A program made the position numbers and the translations under genes. Below, in pieces: positions 44,428 to 52,383 of a stretch of DNA of 52,383 nucleotides. Position 1 is the stretch's first letter; every line of letters starts with the position of its first letter. The stretch comes from a virus. Lineage: Duplodnaviria > Caudoviricetes. The stretch covers positions 1 through 52,383 of IMG/VR virus record IMGVR_UViG_3300033145_003438; one strand, given 5' to 3'. The notes under the pieces were generated by a model, which saw only the letters and a list, made by a program, of their open reading frames with translations, ran no database searches and had not been told where the DNA came from.

Positions 44428-45184
44428 CGCCGTTATTGCCGTTGCCAGCTGTATTAACGGCTTCGAGCAGGGCTTTTCTTTCCAGAACCGGCAAAGACAT
44501 CAATCTTTTGGCCCAACGGTCTTTTCGCCTCTTGATCCGTTCCCTATCCCTGTAATCCCTTCCCAGATACTTGTAATCATGCAGTTCGGTCGGTTTCGGA
44601 TAATTCATCCAGACCCATTCCCGGGCTTTGCCCTGGCGTGTGCTGGCCTCAAAAGTCATTGATCGCCAATTCCAGAGGGTTGTGTGGTAGAGCTCAGAAA
44701 AATATCCGGAGATCATCACCATGCAGGGAAGAGAGATCAGGGCATTCAACAGGCCGATATGATCGTCCCGGGTCATTTCAAAGTTATACCTGGTGTCAGA
44801 TTTTCTGGTGTTGTGAAGATAGGGGGGATCCGCGTAAACGAATGTACGATTATTGATTAACAGTTCATCGCCCCACTTTTTATTCAACCACCTGGTTGCA
44901 TCGCTATTTACGATGGTAAGCGATCGCGTACTTTTCCATTGGTCGACAACCTCCGGATCCACATCAATACCAATATTCTTATGTGCTGGTTTTTTATATC
45001 TCATGACCGCACCGGCCCCTAAATGAGATTCAATATAAATGTCATGCGAGGGGATCTGGTTTATCAGCGTTTGATAGACTCCTGCACCGGCTTTGCCCCC
45101 GAAATAGCTTCCAGATCCCGTACCGCTATTTATGGCGGTTAGGTCCTCATCGTTGTATGTGGTGGTGGCTGCCGGTATCATCAT
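44381..45184 (-). CDS. DNA adenine methyltransferase (D12/Dam-like), orphan
   Basis: YFGGK, ESHLGAGAV and YADPPY motifs. Confidence 0.85.
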   Translation of the reverse strand: MMIPAATTTYNDEDLTAINSGTGSGSYFGGKAGAGVYQTLINQIPSHDIYIESHLGAGAVMRYKKPAHKNIGIDVDPEVVDQWKSTRSLTIVNSDATRWLNKKWGDELLINNRTFVYADPPYLHNTRKSDTRYNFEMTRDDHIGLLNALISLPCMVMISGYFSELYHTTLWNWRSMTFEASTRQGKAREWVWMNYPKPTELHDYKYLGRDYRDRERIKRRKDRWAKRLMSLPVLERKALLEAVNTAGNGNNGGEGFYHHNWRYCERF

Positions 45185-45263
45185 TTTTTATTGAGACCCC
45201 TGTTCAGACATCGGCCTGCCCGATGCTTACTTGACCCGTCAGGGGAGCCGGGTGGAGGTATGC

Positions 45264-47921
45264 CTATGCCTCAATATTAGCGCGTTGAGGCTCGCGCGAC
45301 TGAATATCCATTTCTTTGATAAATCGTGATATCGGGTTATGATAAATCTTGCCCGATTTGCTTTCCTTGGTTTCCGGTCGGGCTGTGAGGATCAAGTGAT
45401 CTTCGGCCCTGGTGACCGCTACGTAGCAAAGGCGGCGTTCATCCTCTATATTATCAGAGGATATCGCCTGTTTTGAGGGGAGAAGGCCCTCGTTCATGCC
45501 GGCTATGATGACAATCGGGAACTCAAGGCCTTTCGCGCCATGGATCGTCATCAGTTGGATCCCTTCAGTTTCTTCGGTGATTTCATCCTGCAGGTCATAG
45601 GTGGCCAACCAGTCAAGATATAGAATGATTGGGCCTACTTCGCTCGGAATGTCTTTCATTTTCGGGTGATCATTTTCCCATTTCAGAATAAAATCACAGA
45701 TATCCTTGGTGTTAAATAGCACGCCTAAAGATTCCCCCATAATGCGAACCAGTCCACCAAGGTCGTGTGACCGGGAGGCAATTTCAATATCACGCCACCA
45801 CGACTCTCTGTAGTTATCTTTCCATGCCTGAAAATGGCTTTTTCCTTCCATAATTGACCGAAATCGAACCTTGCTATATTCCCCATCGCTTAAATTAATG
45901 AAGTCCTTAATCAACAGAAATGCAAAGTTGTCATAGGGATTGACGATCAATTTCAAAACAGCGTGGAATCGTCTGAACTCTTCTGACCTGGTGAGCTCAG
46001 TTTTGCGGCCCACATAGGTATGCGGAACATTTTCTTCCTTTAGTATGGAAGAAAGTTTCTTTAATAGGATGTGGTTTCTCGACAAGATCGCCATGTCCTT
46101 TAGGTCAAAGGCTTCCAGTTCAACAATTCCCTTCAGGTATCCGGCCAGGAAGTTACTATCGAAGTTTCGTTTTACGGTGACCACATCCTTGTTGGAATTC
46201 CTGGTGGCAATCATGGTCTTTTCAAGGCGTGATGAATTGTTGACGATCAGTTGATTTGCTGAATAAACAATGTCCAAGTCAGACCGGTAATTTAGTTCAA
46301 GACGATAAATGTCGAATTCGTCTTGGTGTTCCAGAAGATATTCCGGTACGGCACCGCGAAAGGAATAGATGCTATTGCAAGTACAAAGGCCGTCGGCAAC
46401 GTAGGTGTGATATTTTTCAACATCTAAGCTATAAACAGACAATTTTTCTACATTCTCAAACGATATGTCTTTTATCGGGGACCATTTTATAAAACGGGTG
46501 CCTTCTTTTTGCGGAAGACAAAAGAATCCTGCCCTCAAATTATGGGTAGATATCTGAAAAATTGTTTTCCCCCCCTGCTTTTTATGGTCGCCGTTATTAT
46601 TAAAAAATGGGTGTGCCATACTAAGTTTATGATCGGAAAGAATTTTCTTTGCGTTTGTTTCCAGGTGCCACAAAGAATTAAAAACATAATCGATTCCTTC
46701 TTGGTCATAGTATTTGGCATTATTGGTGGCTTTAAATGTGATGGTGGGTATTCCATACTGCGCAGCCAAGATGCTTTCCAATAGAGATGCTTGTTTTTTT
46801 GTATCGCAAAATCTTAATATCCAAGCACAATCTGCGCCTTCAAGGCGAACGCGAGTATAAAAATGAATGCCCGGGTGTCCGTTCCTGAATAGTTGGCACC
46901 ATCCTATTCTAAATCGATTTCCTTTTTTCATTAAATAGACAACATTCCACTTGTGGTCCCTTGCCCAATCTGACCATTTCACATACCATTTATGATTATC
47001 GGTACACGATGTTGCCTTACCTCCTTTAACCCTGATCGTCCTAAGAATTCCTGTAAATTTTCTTTTTTTGATTGAAAATTTATATCCTTTGTTATGGCCG
47101 CCATAAATCATGGCGTCATGTTTGCAATATACCTTCAATTCGTCCTTTTCAGGATCAAGTGATTCAATTGGCTTCGCTCCATTGGTAGTAATAACCATCG
47201 TCCCTTCAGGTTGGCATTGATCGATGTCACCCACCACAAAGAGGGATGCACCGAACGCCTCAACCATTTTGTTGATGATTCTCCACTGAAGGGGATCGAT
47301 GTCCTGAACTTCGTCGACAAGGATATGTTTGTAATGAAGATGCTTTGCCATGGTATCGATGAGCATTTCCAGGCCGATCAGGAGGCCGCCGTAGGTCAAT
47401 GAGTTGTTTTCGCGGCAACGAGCCATAAAAGCTTTGAACAGAGGATAGGTTTTATCCAACTCATTCGGAACAATTCCTTTTTGATAATAATTATTTAAAG
47501 TAAGATCGATGTCCGCCTTCTTGGGATTCCAACCCTTTTTAAAGACTCCCATTTCTTTGGCGATTTCTTTTAGGAGAAAGGCCTCTTCCCATGCCCCATA
47601 TACTGTAATAGAGTTCGGCCGCATGCCGATGATCTCCCCGAACCGATGGAGCATGCTCAATGCCAGTGAGTGCATGGTTCCCATGGTGACGTTATGGGCG
47701 GTCGACCCCAGGCGGTCTTCAAGACGGGTTTTCATCTCCTGGGCGGCTTTTCTGGTGAAGGTGAACGAAAGAATTTCATAGGGCGAAACTTTTTCATCTT
47801 CAACCAGGTGCGCTATTCGTTCGGTCAGAACTCGAGTCTTTCCTGATCCGGCCCCGGCCAAAACGAGCACACTTTTTCCTTTGGCGAATACGGCTTTTTC
47901 TTGGTTTTTGTCTAATTGCAT
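45264..47921 (-). CDS. uvrD: UvrD/PcrA SF1 helicase containing an intein
   Basis: AGAGSGKT, TFTRKAA, VDEVQD, VGDIDQ-[intein]-SIYSFRGA, TIHGAKGLEF, ERRLCYVAVTRA. Confidence 0.92.
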   Translation of the reverse strand: MQLDKNQEKAVFAKGKSVLVLAGAGSGKTRVLTERIAHLVEDEKVSPYEILSFTFTRKAAQEMKTRLEDRLGSTAHNVTMGTMHSLALSMLHRFGEIIGMRPNSITVYGAWEEAFLLKEIAKEMGVFKKGWNPKKADIDLTLNNYYQKGIVPNELDKTYPLFKAFMARCRENNSLTYGGLLIGLEMLIDTMAKHLHYKHILVDEVQDIDPLQWRIINKMVEAFGASLFVVGDIDQCQPEGTMVITTNGAKPIESLDPEKDELKVYCKHDAMIYGGHNKGYKFSIKKRKFTGILRTIRVKGGKATSCTDNHKWYVKWSDWARDHKWNVVYLMKKGNRFRIGWCQLFRNGHPGIHFYTRVRLEGADCAWILRFCDTKKQASLLESILAAQYGIPTITFKATNNAKYYDQEGIDYVFNSLWHLETNAKKILSDHKLSMAHPFFNNNGDHKKQGGKTIFQISTHNLRAGFFCLPQKEGTRFIKWSPIKDISFENVEKLSVYSLDVEKYHTYVADGLCTCNSIYSFRGAVPEYLLEHQDEFDIYRLELNYRSDLDIVYSANQLIVNNSSRLEKTMIATRNSNKDVVTVKRNFDSNFLAGYLKGIVELEAFDLKDMAILSRNHILLKKLSSILKEENVPHTYVGRKTELTRSEEFRRFHAVLKLIVNPYDNFAFLLIKDFINLSDGEYSKVRFRSIMEGKSHFQAWKDNYRESWWRDIEIASRSHDLGGLVRIMGESLGVLFNTKDICDFILKWENDHPKMKDIPSEVGPIILYLDWLATYDLQDEITEETEGIQLMTIHGAKGLEFPIVIIAGMNEGLLPSKQAISSDNIEDERRLCYVAVTRAEDHLILTARPETKESKSGKIYHNPISRFIKEMDIQSREPQRANIEA
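46374..47216 (-). mobile_element. Intein (281 aa) in UvrD motif III
   Basis: Begins CQPEGTMV; block B CTDNHKW; ends VYSLDVEKYHTYVADGLCTCN followed by Ser+1; removal restores GDIDQSIYSFRGA. Confidence 0.92.
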
Positions 47922-48253
47922 AGTTCCCCCTTTTCATAGTACCTCCGAGTTTTTGAATCATAGTTGAGTAGGTCTTTTTTCATATGGCAGGGCAGGCACA
48001 GTAAATTGCAGTTTTCAAATGTGTCCAACCGAAGGATGCTTCGTTTAATGACATGATCAATGGTGAGCTGTCTGGGCTTGAATTTTTTAAGACAGGCACG
48101 ACAAGTATAATTTTGAAGCAGCATTACTTGTTTCTTGAATTTGCTATATGCGTGACCCTTACCCAGGTTGACGGCCTGTTTTGGAACGGCAAACCCCGTC
48201 CAGTCCACCGGCAGTTTCCTTCTGGGTTTTATTTTGGGATCAGGAATTATCAT
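47912..48253 (-). CDS. HNH endonuclease (NinG-like position)
   Basis: CRAC..TIDHVIKRS..N..LLCLPCH. Confidence 0.8.
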   Translation of the reverse strand: MIIPDPKIKPRRKLPVDWTGFAVPKQAVNLGKGHAYSKFKKQVMLLQNYTCRACLKKFKPRQLTIDHVIKRSILRLDTFENCNLLCLPCHMKKDLLNYDSKTRRYYEKGELCN

Positions 48254-48927
48254 TTTGTTGGATTTAAATATGCTGTTTCGCCATGATAAGTTTTGGCGGC
48301 TTCATTATATGCCTTGGCAGCTTCTTTTCGGTTTTTATAAAGACCAAGGTGAATTTGTTTGTGGTTAACCGTGATATAGGCTCTCCATTTATTAGTTGGC
48401 TTGTGCATGGACACACCTTTATATTTGCCAATCGGTGGTTTTTGAATCATAGCGAGTCGTGAATTTTCTTTATTTGATAGCCAGCGACAATTTTTGGGTT
48501 CGTAGCTTCGACTAGAATCAATACGATCTATCGTAAGGATATCATTATATCCGTTGCTGTCAGCCCAGTCTTTAAACGCCAAGAAGTCCTTTTTCCACTC
48601 ATCACAGACGATAACGCCTTTCCCACCGTAGTTTTTGTATTGATGGTCATTGGGGTTGCTGCATCGGTAGTTCATTTGTCCCCAAATTCGGTAAAGTCGG
48701 GTTTTAGTCATCCCATGTTTAAACGTTCGTTTCGCCGTTGCTTCGCTAAGCAGACACCCGCAACTTCTGGTATTTCCAGAAACCAAGCTTCTGGCAAGGA
48801 CTACGCTTGTGTTGCCACAATCGCATTGGCACTTCCATAATATCTCACGGAATCTGGTTATGCCTTTTTTGCGGACGACCAACAGCCTTCCAAATTTTTT
48901 TCCAATAAGATTTAATTTTTTACCCAT
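48250..48927 (-). CDS. HNH-AP2 homing-endonuclease-like protein
   Basis: GKKFGRL..CQCDCG..SCGC, YGGKG..VCDEW, TIDRID..Y..NCRW, and AP2 domain YKGVS..KWRAYI..HLG..AAKAYN. Confidence 0.85.
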   Translation of the reverse strand: MGKKLNLIGKKFGRLLVVRKKGITRFREILWKCQCDCGNTSVVLARSLVSGNTRSCGCLLSEATAKRTFKHGMTKTRLYRIWGQMNYRCSNPNDHQYKNYGGKGVIVCDEWKKDFLAFKDWADSNGYNDILTIDRIDSSRSYEPKNCRWLSNKENSRLAMIQKPPIGKYKGVSMHKPTNKWRAYITVNHKQIHLGLYKNRKEAAKAYNEAAKTYHGETAYLNPTK

Positions 48928-49318
48928 TGTTCAAACCTTCGTTTGGATCAGGTAAATAGACACCATGTTCGATGCTCGCCCATCGCTGAATGCGTTCTAT
49001 ATAATCAACAAATTCTTTGGTGTTGAGCCTTGTCGTGCTTTTGACTGTTGGCAGGGGTGATTCGTGCTTTCTGAGAAAATGCCACTTTAAGGCTTCGTGC
49101 ATTTCTTCCTTTTCGTACCCAAAATGATCTCCCAGGGTTTTGATAATAACACCCCAGTAATAAGCGTTTTGTTCCAAAGAACGGTCCTTCTTGGGCGTCC
49201 GAATCTCAACTTCAAGGTCATCCCCGTTCCGGAACCTTTTTAGGAATTTCCGGAGCTCGGGTTTGTCCTCGATAATGAGTTTCAGATTAAAAACGGTGCT
49301 TTTGAAGGTTTGTTTCAT
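48920..49318 (-). CDS. NinB/Orf-like recombination protein
   Basis: RSLEQNAYYWG..STTRLNTKEFVDYIE motifs. Confidence 0.78.
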   Translation of the reverse strand: MKQTFKSTVFNLKLIIEDKPELRKFLKRFRNGDDLEVEIRTPKKDRSLEQNAYYWGVIIKTLGDHFGYEKEEMHEALKWHFLRKHESPLPTVKSTTRLNTKEFVDYIERIQRWASIEHGVYLPDPNEGLNNG

Positions 49319-49863
49319 AATTCGGTTACTGTAAATCCTTCTGGAATTGCACCGCTTGATGAATGACAGGTATTTACAATCACCTGAGGACCATCGATGT
49401 TCGAAAGCTGCTCAAGTAAACCGGCGAGTCGGTCTTCGTCTGTTTCCGCAGCTTCATAAATCAGAACATCGGCCTGCAGCGCATGAGACAAAGCACCATC
49501 GAAAACGATCCTTTCGCCACCGGATAAGCCGTTATATGGTTTAATCTGTCCATCGATCTCCCACCCGAAAAAGACTTTGCCGTTTATCGTAAAAACGGCG
49601 ACCCCTTCCGGAAGAACCTCGTTCATCTTTTTTGTGAGTGCCGCCGCGGTCGACGCAACAGCTTCCGCTTTCTGGCCTTTCAATTCGGCCAGTTCATCTT
49701 TCATTGCGGAAACGTCGTCCTCCAGGGGTGTGATCTCTACACGGTTTTTCTCGATCTGTTCGTCCAATCCCTGGGCTTTGAGAAACAGGGCTTCCTTTGC
49801 TCGGAGATTCTTTCCCTTTGTTTCCAGGCCTTTTAATTTGTCTTGCATTAATTGAATATCCAT
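49315..49863 (-). CDS. SMC/Rad50-like ABC ATPase, C-terminal half
   Basis: Coiled coil, LSGGE signature, degenerate Walker B VLIYEAAETD, QVIVNTCH H-loop. Confidence 0.75.
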   Translation of the reverse strand: MDIQLMQDKLKGLETKGKNLRAKEALFLKAQGLDEQIEKNRVEITPLEDDVSAMKDELAELKGQKAEAVASTAAALTKKMNEVLPEGVAVFTINGKVFFGWEIDGQIKPYNGLSGGERIVFDGALSHALQADVLIYEAAETDEDRLAGLLEQLSNIDGPQVIVNTCHSSSGAIPEGFTVTEL

Positions 49864-50891
49864 TAGGCGGCCTCCTTTCTCAGAAAGAGCATGGACTCTT
49901 TTTTGCACTGAAGAACTACGGCCATAGCGTCTACCTTTTCAGCCACGGCCATAATGCGGTTGATGGAATCCAGAGGGTCCGGGGTTGTTGGAATGTTCGC
50001 TGTTTTCCTTTTAAGGGACGATTCAGCGTTTTGTCGGTTTCTTTCATCCGGATCCAACCGGCTCGAAGCAGACCCAATGCCCGGTGACTCGGTTTTTTTT
50101 TCCGGCTTCTCGGTGTCCCGGACATTCGCAGGGCCTCTATCGATCAACTTGGCTTTTCGTGCCTTCTCTTCCAGATCCCGTTTCTCTTCAGCCTCTTTTT
50201 CTGCCTTTTTTGTGGCTTCCAGGGCTGCAAGATCTTCCCGAGCCTTGGAAAGCTCGGCATTGCAAGCCTTGTATTCATCTTTAGTTTTACCTATTTCATC
50301 CCGAATCTCTGCCAGGGACCCGGAGGGAAGTTCGATTTCGGCCTTGGCCTTCATCAACTCAGAAACCACGCTTTCCTTGCCCTTGATGCTTTTTTGTTTG
50401 GATAAGAGGTCATAGGTTAGCTCCTCTATTTTGACATCCAGCTTAGATACATCGTCACCAGGCGGGAAAAGGTCGAACAGGTAATCGATCTTCTTTTGAT
50501 CGGAGAGGTCAAGAAATGCTTCCCCCAGATCAAGGATGGATGGAGCTCCGGCCTTGGCCATCTTTTCAATAAAGTCGGATTTGTTGGCCTTTCTCCTGTT
50601 GATGAGAAAGTCTTGCTTGACGGTTCCTTTTTTATCGCGGGAAAATCGTCTCAGGTAATGAGTCTTTTTGATCTCTCCCGACACAAACAGTTTTTCCCCG
50701 GCCCCGAAGTTGTCCAGGATCGCTGCGTTCTGCTTGGCTGTACCCGGAACATACCCCAAACAAAGAAGCATGAGCGCAATGGACCTGGCGCTTTTACCGG
50801 ACCCATTGCGGCCTATGATGAGATTCTTTTCAGAAAGATCCTGGGTGAAGTCCATACCCTTGAACCCTTCTGCTTTTATTTCTGTTATCAT
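49863..50891 (-). CDS. SMC/Rad50-like ABC ATPase, N-terminal half
   Basis: MITEIKAEGFKG..NLIIGRNGSGKS Walker A followed by coiled coil. Confidence 0.8.
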   Translation of the reverse strand: MITEIKAEGFKGMDFTQDLSEKNLIIGRNGSGKSARSIALMLLCLGYVPGTAKQNAAILDNFGAGEKLFVSGEIKKTHYLRRFSRDKKGTVKQDFLINRRKANKSDFIEKMAKAGAPSILDLGEAFLDLSDQKKIDYLFDLFPPGDDVSKLDVKIEELTYDLLSKQKSIKGKESVVSELMKAKAEIELPSGSLAEIRDEIGKTKDEYKACNAELSKAREDLAALEATKKAEKEAEEKRDLEEKARKAKLIDRGPANVRDTEKPEKKTESPGIGSASSRLDPDERNRQNAESSLKRKTANIPTTPDPLDSINRIMAVAEKVDAMAVVLQCKKESMLFLRKEAA

Positions 50892-50903
50892 GGTTACCCC
50901 CTG

Positions 50904-52148
50904 TTATTCGGCTATTTGCAAATCAACGATCTCTTCCACCTTTTTCATGACCGCATCGGCGTGTTCGAATGTCGGATTCTTTTCATTGAACTGGTCAAGC
51001 TGCAGCTCTTTGACGGCTTGCCTGTATTCACTCGGAAAGTTGTCTTTGGTGGCGTGATAGTTTGCGAACAGCTTTTTTGCTTTGTCGGTCAGAGATTCTA
51101 CATTTTCCTCTTTCTCTGCAGGCGCTTTGGTCTCTGACACCGTTTCATGTGGTACATCGATCGGTTGTTGGTCTTCCGGGTCCGTTTCAGATTCGATGGT
51201 TTCAAACCCGGCTTCATCAGATACGCGCTCGTTTCCGGTTTTTGATTCAATTTGAGGAGTATCAGACCGGAATTCGTTCCCGTTGTCGGTGATCAGGCCG
51301 CCGACCTTGCTCTGCAGCTGTGAGTAAACCGTTGAGTCCCACTTGATGATGTTTCCGGATACCGGTCTCCAGCAGAGGACCGACATATCCCATACAGGCC
51401 CAGGGGCTTTCTGAAGGGCTGAGAGATGTTTCAGCGCGTTCCTTTTGGCAAAGGTTTGGGCGAAGTCCATTGATTTCTTTTCCCGGTTCAGGATTTGGGA
51501 ATACCACTTCAACGCTTCTTCATGAGATGTGTCCACCCAGAGCTTTGTGGATTCGTCAAAAGGGTAGCAAGTCCATGTCCCTTCTTCTTCCGGCTTTTCC
51601 ATGTCGGATGGAAGCAACCTGAAAGCCTGGGGGAATTTTTTTGCTTTTGCCAGAAGATCGATCAGGCGGTAAGATGGTGTATCGAAAATGGTGGTCCAGT
51701 CCGATACCTGGGGTATTCCCTTGGATGAAAACCGAAAGGCAACTGCTCGTGCATGTACGGCCAGGATTCTTCTGTTTTTCGTGTCCCTCTCCGCAAATGG
51801 GTTAAGGCACAACTGGTGATTGACCAGTACCTCTTTTGGAAAAATCACACATGCGCCGGCGCTTTCAGCCCACTTTTCGTATCCCTGAGCAGAAATAACA
51901 AAGGGTCCTTGGGGGGTGGGTTTAATTAATGTGCCTTCGTTCTCCGAGAGGGTAAGCCTTTGCCGAAATGCCTTGATTTCTCCATCGGCGTCTTTCAGTG
52001 CAAACGCTTCGTCGACACCCAAGCTGATTATGTCCCCTTTCAGGGCTCCTTGTATAACCTGAAATTCGGGACGTTCCTTAATCCCGTCTATGGCCTCAAG
52101 GTTTGCCATAGCCTCTTCGATAGTAAGTTGTTTCGCGGGTAAATTCAT
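50904..52148 (-). CDS. Hypothetical protein, possible ssDNA-annealing recombinase
   Basis: AGGAGG RBS; FAQTFAKRNALK helix followed by an acidic linker, as in RecT/Beta; recombination-gene context. Confidence 0.45.
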   Translation of the reverse strand: MNLPAKQLTIEEAMANLEAIDGIKERPEFQVIQGALKGDIISLGVDEAFALKDADGEIKAFRQRLTLSENEGTLIKPTPQGPFVISAQGYEKWAESAGACVIFPKEVLVNHQLCLNPFAERDTKNRRILAVHARAVAFRFSSKGIPQVSDWTTIFDTPSYRLIDLLAKAKKFPQAFRLLPSDMEKPEEEGTWTCYPFDESTKLWVDTSHEEALKWYSQILNREKKSMDFAQTFAKRNALKHLSALQKAPGPVWDMSVLCWRPVSGNIIKWDSTVYSQLQSKVGGLITDNGNEFRSDTPQIESKTGNERVSDEAGFETIESETDPEDQQPIDVPHETVSETKAPAEKEENVESLTDKAKKLFANYHATKDNFPSEYRQAVKELQLDQFNEKNPTFEHADAVMKKVEEIVDLQIAE

Positions 52149-52194
52149 TAGTTACCTCCTTCTGGTTTTCTGTTTATGCTGCGATATCGATAAA

Positions 52195-52383
52195 TTAATC
52201 ATGCTTGTGAATCATCTGTTCATAATCCAGCTGCATCTTATTGAGCATTTTGACCATTTCGTTTCGTTCATCCCAAACGGCCGGATTCCACACATCGGTA
52301 GGAAGAGACTGAAAACGGTCTAATTGTTCCTGCATCTGTAAAATGTTTTGGTAGGTCTCTTCGATGAGGTCTTTTAGTATCAT
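52195..52383 (-). CDS. Hypothetical helical protein
   Basis: 62-aa ORF at the window edge. Confidence 0.5.
   Translation of the reverse strand: MILKDLIEETYQNILQMQEQLDRFQSLPTDVWNPAVWDERNEMVKMLNKMQLDYEQMIHKHD

Larger units (their letters stand above)
1..52383. mobile_element. Temperate podovirus-like bacteriophage genome segment (non-integrated attP configuration)
   Basis: Contiguous lysis-terminase-portal-capsid-tail-ejection module on +, early/recombination arm on -. Integrase and attP have phage genes on both sides. No tape-measure or tail-tube gene seen, and no host housekeeping genes. Confidence 0.95.

Overview
The whole window reads as most of a temperate, podovirus-like (P22/BPP-1/N4-gp56-type) tailed phage genome in its non-integrated arrangement. 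The + strand (1-35857) carries the late genes: lysis cassette, terminases, portal, scaffold, major capsid protein (MCP), head-tail genes, ejection proteins, a 3837-aa polyvalent protein and four signal-peptide-bearing genes where tail fibres normally sit. The - strand (35887-52383) carries the early/accessory arm: an array of small genes, a tRNA-Lys attP, tyrosine integrase/excisionase, Dam-like methylase, intein-containing UvrD, HNH nucleases, NinB and a split SMC/Rad50-like ATPase. Best supported unusual element: a group I intron (8460-9233, splice sites fixed by P1/P10 pairing) in the MCP gene, carrying an antisense LAGLIDADG ORF with a putative promoter. Other leads: (1) a 12-nt motif TACGGG(C/A)CTG(G)C repeated at seven gene ends in a duplicated accessory array; (2) a RiPP-precursor-like peptide coupled to a nucleotidyltransferase and a ParB-like protein; (3) Sec-exported tail-fibre-like proteins; (4) an Acb1-like 2H phosphodiesterase embedded in the giant protein; (5) a tRNA-like RNA with an enlarged anticodon loop. 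All family assignments come from motif recognition by eye, and no database searches were run.
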